Part shown: one piece after another, positions 9,471 through 20,321 of the stretch | How the letters are laid out: the number at the start of each line of letters is the position of its first letter | Position numbering within the stretch: the stretch's first letter is position 1 | From: a virus | Virus record (IMG/VR): IMGVR_UViG_3300017646_000001 | Span: 1 to 64,000 of that record | Direction: 5' to 3' (one strand) | DNA: 64,000 nt | Program-made: the position numbers and the translations under genes | The notes under the pieces: generated by a model | The model's input: the letters and a program-made list of their open reading frames with translations, nothing else | What the model was told of the DNA's origin: nothing | The model's database searches: none

Positions 9471-11372
9471 GTGGCCACGGGATTCGAAGTCAAAAAAATA
9501 TTCTCGTCGTTGCTAGGTGAGGAACAAGCTCGCCGCTCGCAAACCGACTCCGAAAAAGCTGATGAAAAAAATCAGCAAAAAGAGTCGATTGAACTGCTTA
9601 GAGAAATTAAGCATAACACCACGGCAGATGACCAGTCCACTCTGGCCCATCAAACCGAAAAGCAGCACGAGGAGTTGGTCCGTATCCTGCGCAAAGGCTT
9701 CAAGTTGGACGAGGCTGGGCAGGACGCTTCCAAGCTGCCGTCAGTGCGACCCGACCAAGACTCGGGCGGTTCATTCGGGTTAGGAGGAATACTAGACAGC
9801 GCGGGTACGTTCATTCTAGGTCCCGCGCTGTACGGTATCGTCAAGAAATTTGGCAGGGGATTGTCCAAGGCCGCGTCCCTTAGCCTGGCTGGGCTGAAGA
9901 AAATTCCAGGCGTGGCCGGCATCATAGAGAAAGCCAGTGCAGGTTTAGCGGCGGGCGGTAGCGTGTTGATGAAGGGTGCGCGCCTGCTAGGTAAACTAGC
10001 GCTCCCAGTTACCGCTATCGTGGGCGCGTTTGATGCCTGGAAAGGCTTTGACTCAGAAAAAGCCATTCAGTTGTTTGGCACCGACACCGTATTATCCAAA
10101 GTAGGATCCGCCGTATCCCATTTGGTGAGTGGTCTATTGTTTAACCTCGTGTCTCCCGAGCAAGTAGCTGAGGGAATGAAGTGGTTAAACAGTGTGGGCG
10201 AAGAAGCGGGCCGTACCGCTATGGCTTTGTTTCAATCGCTCATGAACTCCGTTACGGAAACGCTTACCGAATTAATCGGCGAAGACAACATCAAAGCGAT
10301 TTCTGACACCTTGATGGCCCCGATCCGGTATGTGTCCAAAGCGGCTGAAAAGGTGCTGGAGTATATAGAACAGAAGGTCAAGGAATACTTGCCGGACTGG
10401 GTTGTAGACGGCATAAGCGCTGTGGGAGGCGCAGTACGAGAGGGAGCGGATACAGTATCCGGTTGGGCTACCCGAGCGGGCAGTGCAGTAGGAGAAGCTT
10501 GGGACTCCGCTACTAGCACCGTATCGGGTTGGTTCGGGGGCAATGACGACAAAGACAAGCCCGCTTCTACTCCTACCTCTACCCCTATTGCTGCTACTGG
10601 ATACGGCGGTAGCGCTGCCGCTGTGGGCGCAAAACTGCCAGAGCGCACCGAAGCCGTAATTGAAGCTAAGGCCGCTCAATATGGGTTAGACCCTGCAACC
10701 ATGAAGGCCTACGCTTACATGGAGTCCAGAGGCGACCCTAATGCGGTGTCGCCTACCGGAGCGACCGGCGTATATCAATTCACTAAAGGCACGGCTAAGG
10801 GATACGGTCTCAAAGACCGTACCAACCTAGAAGATAACGTAGACGCCGGTATGCGCCTAGCGTTAGATAACGCTAAGGCCCTGTCTCGACGTTTGGGAAT
10901 TGACGTTAAAGACGTTACCCCTGAGATGCTGTATTTGGCTCACCAACAAGGTGCGGCTGGCGCGGCGGTTATCCTCAAGGCGGCGGCTGAAGGGAAAGAC
11001 ATATCAGATCTGCCTGCCCATATTCGCAGAAACGTGTCGGTCAATTATGGTGGGAAAAGCCGCACCGCTGCTGAGTTTGTGGCGGCTAACTCCGCCAAGA
11101 TTCAACAATATCGGGCCGCGTTTGATCCAGCTTCGGCCCAACAACCCAACGGCGCTGCTCAGCCCACGGCGTTGGCAGCTTCAGAAGAATATAAGCCGGC
11201 TAACCCTGTAGCCCCCGTTCCCGACGTTTCTCCAGAAGGAAATTCGGGCAGGTCAGGCGGCGCTGCCGCTGGTCCGGAGGGATTGTCTTCTCCAGAACTT
11301 TCACTGTCCAGTTTGCCGGCCGTACCCAACGATGAAAAGCTGGCTCTAATTAATATGGGAATCGTAGGATGA
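9471..11372 (+). CDS. Tape measure protein with soluble lytic transglycosylase domain
   Basis: G/A/L-rich helical body; AYMESRGDPNAVSPTGATGVYQF and YLAHQQG SLT motifs. Confidence 0.88.
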   Translation: MATGFEVKKIFSSLLGEEQARRSQTDSEKADEKNQQKESIELLREIKHNTTADDQSTLAHQTEKQHEELVRILRKGFKLDEAGQDASKLPSVRPDQDSGGSFGLGGILDSAGTFILGPALYGIVKKFGRGLSKAASLSLAGLKKIPGVAGIIEKASAGLAAGGSVLMKGARLLGKLALPVTAIVGAFDAWKGFDSEKAIQLFGTDTVLSKVGSAVSHLVSGLLFNLVSPEQVAEGMKWLNSVGEEAGRTAMALFQSLMNSVTETLTELIGEDNIKAISDTLMAPIRYVSKAAEKVLEYIEQKVKEYLPDWVVDGISAVGGAVREGADTVSGWATRAGSAVGEAWDSATSTVSGWFGGNDDKDKPASTPTSTPIAATGYGGSAAAVGAKLPERTEAVIEAKAAQYGLDPATMKAYAYMESRGDPNAVSPTGATGVYQFTKGTAKGYGLKDRTNLEDNVDAGMRLALDNAKALSRRLGIDVKDVTPEMLYLAHQQGAAGAAVILKAAAEGKDISDLPAHIRRNVSVNYGGKSRTAAEFVAANSAKIQQYRAAFDPASAQQPNGAAQPTALAASEEYKPANPVAPVPDVSPEGNSGRSGGAAAGPEGLSSPELSLSSLPAVPNDEKLALINMGIVG

Positions 11373-12148
11373 AGCCTGCAGATCTATCCCTCGAACACAC
11401 CGTCATATTCAAGTATATCACGGCAGGTAAGATTGCCTCACGTGGTGGCCCAGGTGGCGATGGTAACAGTATTATCGTGATTGGTCACGCTCCAGAGGAA
11501 TTCGATATTTCCATGGGCGGGCGTTGGGAACAAACCCTGTTGGGCCGCAAGGCTGAAGGGTTGACCAGCCGGCTCAACGAGTTTGGCTCGGCCACGTTCG
11601 GTGGCGGTTTGGGGGATCCTATTACTAGCGTACTGTCTTATCGTGGCAATGAAAACCCAGCCATGTCTGTATCGCTGGAGTTCAATGCTGAGGACGACGC
11701 TTTTCAAGACGTGGTTACGCCCATTATCAATCTGGCCAAGATGACTGTACCTAGCCGCATCCAGACCGGCCTGATCGAGTATCCAGGCCCCGTAGCCTAC
11801 GACGAGCTGAAGCGGTTTTACTCGGACTTTAAGACTAACTTGTTCGGCGGGGATTCTCCTCAAACGACGGACACCCAAAATCTAACCCGGGACGACTCGG
11901 GAAATACGGACCGAGATGGTAATGCTAACCAAAGCTCGCCCCGCATTAGCGTACGCTTGGGTGCTACCATGTACCTGCGCAGCGTGGTAATCCAAACCTT
12001 GGGCATCAAGCTGTCCAGCGCGGTAGATTCTAACCGACGCCCTATTCGAGCCGTGGCTACGGTCGGGTTCCGCCGGTTTATGGCCCCGTTGCGCGAGGAA
12101 ATCGAAGAAACCTTCATGAGCGGTGGAGCGCTGACCGATGGCATCTAA
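11369..12148 (+). CDS. Baseplate tail tube cap/initiator (gp48-like)
   Basis: Follows tape measure; SVSLEFNA...PIRAVATVGF pattern. Confidence 0.55.
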   Translation: MKPADLSLEHTVIFKYITAGKIASRGGPGGDGNSIIVIGHAPEEFDISMGGRWEQTLLGRKAEGLTSRLNEFGSATFGGGLGDPITSVLSYRGNENPAMSVSLEFNAEDDAFQDVVTPIINLAKMTVPSRIQTGLIEYPGPVAYDELKRFYSDFKTNLFGGDSPQTTDTQNLTRDDSGNTDRDGNANQSSPRISVRLGATMYLRSVVIQTLGIKLSSAVDSNRRPIRAVATVGFRRFMAPLREEIEETFMSGGALTDGI

Positions 12149-12554
12149 TCTTTCGATTGAGCGAATTCCAGCTGGCAAATTTTCTCGCGTAAACTTGCAA
12201 AGCGTGGTTACGCCGCCCGCTAACGACGAATCGGGGACGGATCCTTATCTCTCCGTACTGGACGGAAATACGGTCCAATTTATGCGCAGTCTGCGCGACG
12301 GCCAGATTCACGTAGTGGTAGCCAACGACGTGGGCGACCTGCCCGCCCTATCGTTTCGCTACTACAAGAACATTAACGGGTGGTGGATCATTGGCATGTA
12401 CAATGGGATTTTTGACCCATTTACCGACATGTATCCGGGTCAGCGCTTGAAAATCCCCTCGTTAGATTCTATTGAAGCCTACTTCCGAGCCGCTAAGGAT
12501 TCGCAGCGCGCACAGGTGGACGCCTCCAACCCGCAAGTGGTGTACCTGCCGTGA
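12138..12554 (+). CDS. Baseplate wedge LysM-like protein (gp53/gpX-like)
   Basis: DLPALSFRYY....WWIIGMYNGIFDPF.DMYPGQRLKIP. Confidence 0.85.
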   Translation: MASNLSIERIPAGKFSRVNLQSVVTPPANDESGTDPYLSVLDGNTVQFMRSLRDGQIHVVVANDVGDLPALSFRYYKNINGWWIIGMYNGIFDPFTDMYPGQRLKIPSLDSIEAYFRAAKDSQRAQVDASNPQVVYLP

Positions 12555-13678
12555 TCACAGTAGAAGGTCGCTCCTACGTTTCGGCTCGTGTAGACGGGTA
12601 CACGTTTCCGGACTCTATCCATCTAGTAGTGGCAGCAGTGCGGTCACACCCTGCTTTTAGCTTGCCTACTCTTACTCTTATCGTACTAGACACCAATCGA
12701 GAATTGCAAAACCGGCTGGTGGAAGGTGCTCAGATTGAAATTCTAATTGCGCAAAAGAAAGAGAATAATGCTGACTGGATGCCGTTTCGTGTCTTCAGCT
12801 ATTCCCCTTCCCCCGTGCCGACGTACGGGATGCGCTACATCATCCACGGTTACTGGGATTACAAGAGCTACCTGTATGATAAGGTAGTCAGGTCCTATTC
12901 TGGGAATTCTTCCTTCATCATTCGGCGGCTGGCCGAAGATGGCGGGCTACGCGCCTTGGTGGATGAGACCACCGAGGACGCCCAATGGTACTGCCCCTCT
13001 AAGACGCTGGCGGAGTTTGTCCGTCAAGACGTCGTCCCTATGTCCCACGGCCGCGAAGACGGCTACATGATGAGCGTAATCGACGCTCGTACTCGCGCTT
13101 GGTGTTACCGAGACTTGAATTTGGTCACAGAGAATAACCAAATCCTGTCGCGACTGGTGAATAGCTCGGCCGTGACTCCCGGAGAATATAACGCCTTCTT
13201 TTCCGAGTACGAGTACCACAACGACAGCGGATACAGCAACCGCTTGGCGTATAGCATGAAGAACGCCGTATATAACGCTGTTACTGGTACATACAGCGAG
13301 GATGCGGATATTCGAACTGTGAAGACCGACTCCAGGTTGTCTGTTAATACGCGCGACCTTCCTGAGCTGTCCCACGTGCTGTACTCCACGCTAGACTTTG
13401 GCAATAATGGGAATGGCCCTAAAAACCGTGGCCGAAACCTACGGCAGAGCGCGCTGTGGTCAATTAAGATGGACGTGTTGTTGTCCACTTATACCACGTT
13501 CCCGCTGTTAACTCTGCACCATATTGACGTGATCAATGGCCAACAGGGTAAAGACGAACGGCAGAGCGGCAGGTACGTATGCGTCGGGCGCGTGCTAGCT
13601 GCTACCAAGAGCGACTATAAGGAGCGCTTGTGCTTCATTCGTAACTCAGAAAACGTAGATAACTCGCACTTACCATGA
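12551..13678 (+). CDS. Baseplate hub protein (gp27/gpD-like)
   Basis: Position between gp53-like and spike genes; size; C-terminal SGRYV motif. Confidence 0.65.
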   Translation: MITVEGRSYVSARVDGYTFPDSIHLVVAAVRSHPAFSLPTLTLIVLDTNRELQNRLVEGAQIEILIAQKKENNADWMPFRVFSYSPSPVPTYGMRYIIHGYWDYKSYLYDKVVRSYSGNSSFIIRRLAEDGGLRALVDETTEDAQWYCPSKTLAEFVRQDVVPMSHGREDGYMMSVIDARTRAWCYRDLNLVTENNQILSRLVNSSAVTPGEYNAFFSEYEYHNDSGYSNRLAYSMKNAVYNAVTGTYSEDADIRTVKTDSRLSVNTRDLPELSHVLYSTLDFGNNGNGPKNRGRNLRQSALWSIKMDVLLSTYTTFPLLTLHHIDVINGQQGKDERQSGRYVCVGRVLAATKSDYKERLCFIRNSENVDNSHLP

Positions 13679-14220
13679 CCGTTGCTCGCAACTCCGCTAC
13701 CAAGCTATTGGGCCGCATTATGACCGGCCGCGTTGTCGCTAACTCGGGTGGTCCGGGCGGCAATAAATTCATACGGGTGCGCATCCCAGGCATCGATCGC
13801 GATGAAATTCCGGACGACCGTATCCCGTGGAGCGGCGTGGGTCGTCCTCTGTTCCGGGGTGGTGGCGACGGAGTAGGCATGGGTTCTATTCCGCGTATTG
13901 GTTCTAAGGTAGCGGGCTTTTTCGACGGCGGAAGCCGAGATTCATTTGTGGCTCTTTGGGAAATCGACGATCCCACTACCACAACTGAGTATGACCAGAA
14001 TACTTGGGGAATACGCGACGAGGCTGGTACATACATTACGGTGCGTGTGGGCCAAACGCTTACGATACACCACCAGGGAACCACCATTACGATCGATTCC
14101 AGCGGTAATGTAACCGAAAACGTGGCGGGAAATAAGGCCACCACGATTGCAGGCAACTACACGATCAAGGTTGGTGGTGATATGCGCGCTAACGCGTCCA
14201 ATATCTACCTGAACGACTAA
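13675..14220 (+). CDS. Baseplate central spike (gp5/gpV-like), no lysozyme domain
   Basis: GRVV...IRVRIP...PRIGSKV OB fold; C-terminal V.GN beta-helix repeats. Confidence 0.85.
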   Translation: MTVARNSATKLLGRIMTGRVVANSGGPGGNKFIRVRIPGIDRDEIPDDRIPWSGVGRPLFRGGGDGVGMGSIPRIGSKVAGFFDGGSRDSFVALWEIDDPTTTTEYDQNTWGIRDEAGTYITVRVGQTLTIHHQGTTITIDSSGNVTENVAGNKATTIAGNYTIKVGGDMRANASNIYLND

Positions 14221-14222
14221 CC

Positions 14223-14723
14223 ATGGCTGTACTGTGGACCCCGCCCTCCGGTACTCTGATTATAGACGCTAGTGAAGAGCAGGTTGGTGTATTCGCCGAT
14301 ATTGTAGTAGAGAGTCAGCCCAGCGCCACTGAGCCACCCGTTACAGAACCCATCGATCACTTGGATTGGAGTTGGTCGCCCGACACGCCGGGCAACGTGG
14401 TAGTAACCGATACCGAACTAACCGCCAGTTCTCGTCGCCTGCGCGTATTGTTTCCTGACTTTGCAGGCATATTTCCTCCGCGTCGTATCTCTTATATTCT
14501 AGGAGAGAGCCGAGAATCCGTAACGCGCTGGGTAGACTTACCAGCAGCGGCGCGGGATGTAACAGAGTTCTTGCCACACGAAACCAACATTTACGTGTGG
14601 ACGCTAGAAGTTACGGCTCAGCCCATGAACGAATCGGCCGTTTATACGATACGGGTTCGCGCCAACTATTCCCTAGGTAGAGATATTCTCGTCGCAGAAG
14701 TAAATGCGCGCCGCCGCGCCTAG
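14223..14723 (+). CDS. Baseplate-associated protein between spike and PAAR
   Basis: Tightly coupled ORF; synteny. Confidence 0.5.
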   Translation: MAVLWTPPSGTLIIDASEEQVGVFADIVVESQPSATEPPVTEPIDHLDWSWSPDTPGNVVVTDTELTASSRRLRVLFPDFAGIFPPRRISYILGESRESVTRWVDLPAAARDVTEFLPHETNIYVWTLEVTAQPMNESAVYTIRVRANYSLGRDILVAEVNARRRA

Positions 14724-14731
14724 GAGTAAAT

Positions 14732-15019
14732 ATGCCGTCTGTGGTGCGACTAGGGGATACTTGCACTGGACACGGTTGTTTTCCACCCCGGGCTAATGTC
14801 GCAGGATCCCCCAATGTATTCATTAATGGTCGTGGCGCGCATCGCGTAGGCGACGGCTGGGCTGTGCATTGCTGCGACGACTCCTGCCACGATTCTGTAC
14901 AGGCGATAGGGTCTTCTAGCGTCTTTGTGAACGGTCGCCCACTAGCTCGCATCGGGGACGCAATAGCGTGTGGTAGTGCGGCGGCAGTAGGTTCCAACAA
15001 CGTGTTCGCAGGCGGTTGA
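14732..15019 (+). CDS. PAAR spike-tip protein (gp5.4-like)
   Basis: RLGDTCTGHGCFPP, GSPNVFING, PLARIGDAIACG. Confidence 0.96.
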   Translation: MPSVVRLGDTCTGHGCFPPRANVAGSPNVFINGRGAHRVGDGWAVHCCDDSCHDSVQAIGSSSVFVNGRPLARIGDAIACGSAAAVGSNNVFAGG

Positions 15020-15020
15020 C

Positions 15021-15404
15021 ATGGCAGTAGTGTATTCCGACGTCAACCCCAACTACGGCGTATCCTCTACCCAGCTGATCCTAGTTAACGAGGAAGCGGT
15101 CAACGCCGAGCTAGAAAACTGCTTGGGCATTAGTGTGGGCGAACACTGGTGGGAGCCTACCTTCGGTTCCGACCTCCGCCTCTATCTATTTGAGCAGGTA
15201 GACGACATTACTGCTGCGCTCATTTGGATGGAAGTGCTGGATCGCATTCCTCTTTGGATGCCGCACATTACACTTCTTAAAGGTACCGGCGTGTACGCCG
15301 ACTACGACGAACAACTGTTTCGCGTCGAAATCAACTACGCAATCCGAGCTAACGGGGTGCGAGGAACGTTCGTCGCGGAGATGCCCGCTGGCTTAGGCTC
15401 CTAA
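15021..15404 (+). CDS. Baseplate wedge/sheath initiator (gp25-like)
   Basis: YSD...GEHWWEPTFGSDLRLYLFE. Confidence 0.92.
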   Translation: MAVVYSDVNPNYGVSSTQLILVNEEAVNAELENCLGISVGEHWWEPTFGSDLRLYLFEQVDDITAALIWMEVLDRIPLWMPHITLLKGTGVYADYDEQLFRVEINYAIRANGVRGTFVAEMPAGLGS

Positions 15405-15405
15405 C

Positions 15406-16833
15406 ATGTCCAACGACCTGATTATTTCTGATGTACTGCCCGACGTCAAGCTGAGTACGATTCGTCCTGATTATGCAGACCTGCGCGATCAGATGAACTC
15501 GGTGCTTAGTGTGAGCCCCGTTTGGCGCGATATCATTCCGGCCGCAACTGGCGAAATCCTGATTAAATTTGTGGCCGGCGTAGGGGCATACGGGCAGTAT
15601 ACGATCGAACGTGGAGTGCAGGAATGCTTCCTGGACACGGCCAAGAGTCCCCAGAACATTCTGACCTTAGCTCGATTATTGGGCGTACGCATCAAGCGCA
15701 AGACGCCGGCTCGGGTCAATGTGCGGCTGTCGCGCCAAGAAGTGACGTCCTCCTACACCATCGAGCAGTATTCTGAATTTAACATCCAATCTACTCGGTT
15801 TTACAACCCCGAAACCATCGTGTTTCTGAGTGGTGAAGACCACGTTGATGTAGAGTTGGTAGAAGGTCGAGTCGTAACTCACGACTACATCAGCAACGGT
15901 TCTGCCTTCCAAACCTATTATATCGGCTCTGGATTCACTACGTCCAACGAGCTGGTGCGGGTTACGGTGGACGGCGTGGAATGGGAACGCCTGGAAGGCG
16001 GCATTTGGATGGCCGACAATCCGGTCATGTCCACCGGCCAATACTTCTCGGACTTGACTACCCAGGGTGGATCGGCTCAGATCACGTTTGGCAACGATAC
16101 GGTGGGAGCGATTCCCACACTGGGCTCCGCTATCCGCATTCTGGAATACGTAGTGCGCGGTCCCGCCTCGAACGTGGCTGATTCGGGCCTGAGCGTGGCG
16201 TATTTGTCCGACTCTGCCATTTCGGGCACTACTACTGGTCCCATATACGGTGCAGAGGATGAGCCCTCCTCCGAGTTTTATAAAGCAGTCGGGGCTAAGA
16301 CGGGTCGATCCGACTCCCGGTTCGTGTCGCGTTCGGACTATAACTCCAACCTGGTGTTTTACCCCGGTGTGATAGATTGCCGCGCCGTGGGCGAGTGGGA
16401 AGAAGGTACGCAGTTGGAGTTGATGAATAAAATCAATCTCTATCTACTCACCACTGACGAGTTTCAGTCCGAGACCGACCCGCAGCAGTTCTTAGACTAC
16501 GTTTACGAACGCGGTATGTTGGCCACTCGGCATGAAGTGTTTTATGCCGAAAGCATTGTGGCTAATATAGCGGGGCAGCTGCTAATCGACCCGCGTTACT
16601 CGGTGAGCGACGTGTTGAATCGGGTATATAACGCGCTCATCGCCTTCTTTGCTCCCAAGTACGGTTCACTTAAGCGTCCCGTGTATCGACATGACATCGG
16701 CAAGGTAGTTCAAAGTGTCACGGGCGTACGTCACTTGGTGCTGAACGAACCAACAGTGGATTATTTACCTACCTTTCGGCAATGGGTGCGACTCGGTACC
16801 ATGTCCTTCTCCACTGTATACGCGGAGAACTAA
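15406..16833 (+). CDS. Baseplate wedge protein (gp6/gpJ-like)
   Basis: ECFLDTAKS..NI..LARLLG, ITFGND..GAIP, RFVSRSDY. Confidence 0.9.
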   Translation: MSNDLIISDVLPDVKLSTIRPDYADLRDQMNSVLSVSPVWRDIIPAATGEILIKFVAGVGAYGQYTIERGVQECFLDTAKSPQNILTLARLLGVRIKRKTPARVNVRLSRQEVTSSYTIEQYSEFNIQSTRFYNPETIVFLSGEDHVDVELVEGRVVTHDYISNGSAFQTYYIGSGFTTSNELVRVTVDGVEWERLEGGIWMADNPVMSTGQYFSDLTTQGGSAQITFGNDTVGAIPTLGSAIRILEYVVRGPASNVADSGLSVAYLSDSAISGTTTGPIYGAEDEPSSEFYKAVGAKTGRSDSRFVSRSDYNSNLVFYPGVIDCRAVGEWEEGTQLELMNKINLYLLTTDEFQSETDPQQFLDYVYERGMLATRHEVFYAESIVANIAGQLLIDPRYSVSDVLNRVYNALIAFFAPKYGSLKRPVYRHDIGKVVQSVTGVRHLVLNEPTVDYLPTFRQWVRLGTMSFSTVYAEN

Positions 16834-16836
16834 GTC

Positions 16837-18534
16837 ATGCGTGGAATGGAGCGCCGTTTGCCGCGCAAGATCCGGGCCACGCCGGCTTGGAAACAATTCG
16901 CTCAGGCCGTGGACGCCGTACTGGGGCACAATAACTTCGATCCCGCTCGCGAGATTGTTAACCTGCGCGACCCACGCAAGATTGAAGAATACTTCTTGCC
17001 GCGTCTGGCGAACCTGCTTGGGTTCGACATGTTCACCGACTATTATGACGAGGAGCAAAAGCGTCAAATAGTCGCGGCTCTGTACGAGTACTACGAGTAC
17101 GCTGGCACTCCCCAGCTCGAGCGTTTTATGGCGTTGTGCGCCAAATACATCCTACGTCTTAACCCCATGTGGACGCGGGATTACGTTAACTTTGAACGCT
17201 ACCCCAACGGTCCGACTATTTACGAGGATCCTGAGAACGGTGAGTGGTTCTTGACCCCACACATCGAGATGTACACCAACGGGTTGGAGTCATACGAACT
17301 CATAGAGCGCAATCTCACTGGACAACTGGGTACGCCTCAGTCCACGTTGGGAGAAGGTTTATATTTAGGCTCTGCCCCGTTCCTGGATCGCAGCTTTGAA
17401 GACTTGGTGTATCCACAGTTCATCCAAGACCTGTTTTATGACTTAGCTCCTGTACATCTGGTGCTAGAGCGCATTACTCGTGGATACGTTTGGGAAGGCG
17501 ACACCTATTGGTGTGGCGGGATAGGTACTCTAATCACTGGTGCGCCCGACGACACCATTTACCCTCCCCAAGAGCTTCCTGGTCCAGAGCCGGGCGAGGG
17601 TAATTATTACATTATTCATCCAGCTACTGCCGACACCGATCCTGATTATGTGCCAGAGGGTTATTCTATATACGCGGCCCCTGATAGTGCGGTGGCTCAA
17701 ATGCTGGGATTGCCCTCTGGTATGGAGCTGGGGTCAGTAGAGCAGGTTGGACTAGCGGGAATGCCGTTAGAATCTGTTATCAGTATGCGCGGCGAGGCTA
17801 CAGCAGCCACACAAGCATTCACTATGTTGTCAATTCATGCTCCGGGGTCGAATAGACTAAATTATAAGATCAGCCAACCGGACGGCACGACCGACGTCTT
17901 AGGACCTGTACGGGCTCTTTATTGGAACAACTATGGCAGCGAAACAGAAATCATGGCTACCGTGTTGGACAGCGATGCGGGCGGTCTGGATTTGATAAAC
18001 GGCCCGTATCGCGTTGATATTGACCCAGATACTCCGCCACTCACGACTCCGCCGGGTTTCGACTACAGTTGGGACATCACGGTAGACTATATCAACTACG
18101 CTCCTGGAAATACGGTGGGCGGATTTATGGTTTCTCCGCCCTACACCAACCCTAGTACGCGTTTCTTCCGTCCTGGCGGCGCAGCAGACGGTGGTTCTAT
18201 CACGCCGCACTTCGAGACGCCCGAGATCGCTCTGGCCTCCATTATGCTGTATTATTCGCCCAGTGGCGACCCCAACATACGCAACATTAGCGGCCTATAT
18301 TTTTATGGTACTAGCCTGATGGCCTATGAGTCGGGTGAAATAGTGGGCACGGCGTACATCAACGGCAACTTGGATTATCCAATACAGGTGTATCGTGACT
18401 ACTACGATCCTGGGAGCAACAATACTGTAGGAGCGGCCACGTCTGGCACTTCTATATCCATGGACTCTAGCCATCCGCTGTGGTCTGCCGTGGAAGTAGG
18501 CCAGGTGCTGAATGTCTCCCTAGTGCTCGCTTAG
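16837..18534 (+). CDS. Baseplate wedge protein (gp7/gpI-like) with long C-terminal extension
   Basis: DPRKIEEYFLPRLANLLGFD...YEYAGT; FYDLAPVHLVL; about 300 aa beta-rich tail. Confidence 0.75.
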   Translation: MRGMERRLPRKIRATPAWKQFAQAVDAVLGHNNFDPAREIVNLRDPRKIEEYFLPRLANLLGFDMFTDYYDEEQKRQIVAALYEYYEYAGTPQLERFMALCAKYILRLNPMWTRDYVNFERYPNGPTIYEDPENGEWFLTPHIEMYTNGLESYELIERNLTGQLGTPQSTLGEGLYLGSAPFLDRSFEDLVYPQFIQDLFYDLAPVHLVLERITRGYVWEGDTYWCGGIGTLITGAPDDTIYPPQELPGPEPGEGNYYIIHPATADTDPDYVPEGYSIYAAPDSAVAQMLGLPSGMELGSVEQVGLAGMPLESVISMRGEATAATQAFTMLSIHAPGSNRLNYKISQPDGTTDVLGPVRALYWNNYGSETEIMATVLDSDAGGLDLINGPYRVDIDPDTPPLTTPPGFDYSWDITVDYINYAPGNTVGGFMVSPPYTNPSTRFFRPGGAADGGSITPHFETPEIALASIMLYYSPSGDPNIRNISGLYFYGTSLMAYESGEIVGTAYINGNLDYPIQVYRDYYDPGSNNTVGAATSGTSISMDSSHPLWSAVEVGQVLNVSLVLA

Positions 18535-18582
18535 CCGTGTTCCGCTTTGCGACTCTTCAATTAAAGATTTAGCCGAGAAGAT

Positions 18583-20316
18583 ATGCGACTCCAAGTCACC
18601 AACGCCGGGATACAGGCGATCGCACACGCCATTGACGGCGGCATTAAGCTAGTAGTTACCGACTACGCGCTAGCAGACGGCTACGGATATGCTATCGACC
18701 CCGATCAGGATGCGCCGCGCGGGGAGATTCAGCATTGGGGCGTACCCAGCAATTATCGGGTTGACACTAGCAACCAGGTGCACTACACCTGCTGGGCCGA
18801 CGACACGGTAGGAGACTTCGACTACGGCGAAGTATGCTTGTATGTGCGCGATGAGAACGACGAACGTGTGCTCTTCGCCATCGGCGTGATGCCCTACTTG
18901 CAGCCTAAGCGACGTACTACCGCGTCGGTGCTGGGCAACGTGGTGAGTCAGGACGTGATCTTGAGCGTGCGCAATATCGCCGCCGCTATCGAGTACAACA
19001 TCCAGCAGCTTACCGAAGGAAAACTGCTAGAATTGGGTGGCATTTTCAACCTGCTGCCTCCGAACAACTCGCCGTCCAACGCTTACTTGATGACGGACGA
19101 CACGGATGACTACAACAATCCGTTGTATGCCTTCCGCGAGAACGACTTCCGCTGGTTCTTCCCAACCCACTCAATTCGCAAGGTTCCGGGCGGAATTACC
19201 CAAAGCGGTACGAATACCTCCGTTACCAGCTCCATGCTGGACGGTATCAGTTATGACTCCAGCGCGCCGGGAACTAACGTAGGGCGTTATATCATCCAGT
19301 TTACGTCCGGCAACCTGCGCGGCGAAGCCCGACTGTGTGCGTCCATTACGGGTGGGGTAGCTTCCTGGACCAATACGTTTGGTTCAGCTCCGGCCGCTGG
19401 CGATCAATTTGTGCTCTATCAGTCCACGCTGAGCTGGATTACCGAGCTACTCGGTGATTACTACACCAAGCCTGAGGTTGACGCCTTTTTGGCGCTTAAG
19501 GCCAATCTGGACTCTCCCGACTTCACGGGTACGCCGTCCGCGCCTACTCCAGGGTTAAGCGACTACAGCGGTCGTATTGCCAATACGCGCTGGGTGACGG
19601 ATAAACTCACCACGACGATCAACGCAGCGATCGCCGCTATCCCTAACGCGTCCACGTCCGTGCGCGGCTTGATGCAGGTTGGACAGGGCCTGGTGGTGCT
19701 ACCCGGTTCGCCGGTCGTGCAAGCCCACGGTTTACTGCACCCTGGCAACCCGGCTTCCGGCGGGACCATAATTCCGGGCAACAGCCTAACGTCCGCTCAC
19801 AACATGAACGATGGGCTGGCGTCAGGCGTATACGCCATCGTGGCGGATGGAAACCGTCCCGCTAATCTACCACCTGGTACCACTCGCGGCGGGCGGGTTG
19901 AGATTTCAAATTTCAATGGCCACATCCTGCAACAGTTTTTCCCCATGAGCGACGGTGGGGCTGCAGGATCGCCCAATATGGTACCCTGGTGGCGTATTTG
20001 GAACAATACCCAGGGTTGGTCTGCTTGGCAGATCATGGGCGGTGGTACCGTAGGCGCAAGCGGCACATTGACGTACTTGGGTGCGTGCAATAACTCGTCG
20101 ATCACCCACTCGACTACCAAAATTACTACGCTCACAATCCGCAACTCGCGTAGCGAGAGCCACATCTACATCTATGTGAATGGAACACACGTGCTGTTCG
20201 ACGACGGTGAGGGCGGCGGTGGCTTGAGCTTTACTGCTCCCAAGGGAGTATCGATACAAGCCCGCCATACGGGTAAGAGCGAAAGCTGCCCAGTGTACAT
20301 CATGCAGTGGGATTAA
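18583..20316 (+). CDS. Tail fibre protein
   Basis: N-terminal baseplate attachment domain (VTNAG...GDFDYGEVCLY...LFAI); KANLDSPDFTGTPSAPTP...IANTRWV fibre repeat. Confidence 0.9.
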   Translation: MRLQVTNAGIQAIAHAIDGGIKLVVTDYALADGYGYAIDPDQDAPRGEIQHWGVPSNYRVDTSNQVHYTCWADDTVGDFDYGEVCLYVRDENDERVLFAIGVMPYLQPKRRTTASVLGNVVSQDVILSVRNIAAAIEYNIQQLTEGKLLELGGIFNLLPPNNSPSNAYLMTDDTDDYNNPLYAFRENDFRWFFPTHSIRKVPGGITQSGTNTSVTSSMLDGISYDSSAPGTNVGRYIIQFTSGNLRGEARLCASITGGVASWTNTFGSAPAAGDQFVLYQSTLSWITELLGDYYTKPEVDAFLALKANLDSPDFTGTPSAPTPGLSDYSGRIANTRWVTDKLTTTINAAIAAIPNASTSVRGLMQVGQGLVVLPGSPVVQAHGLLHPGNPASGGTIIPGNSLTSAHNMNDGLASGVYAIVADGNRPANLPPGTTRGGRVEISNFNGHILQQFFPMSDGGAAGSPNMVPWWRIWNNTQGWSAWQIMGGGTVGASGTLTYLGACNNSSITHSTTKITTLTIRNSRSESHIYIYVNGTHVLFDDGEGGGGLSFTAPKGVSIQARHTGKSESCPVYIMQWD

Positions 20317-20321
20317 CAGAT

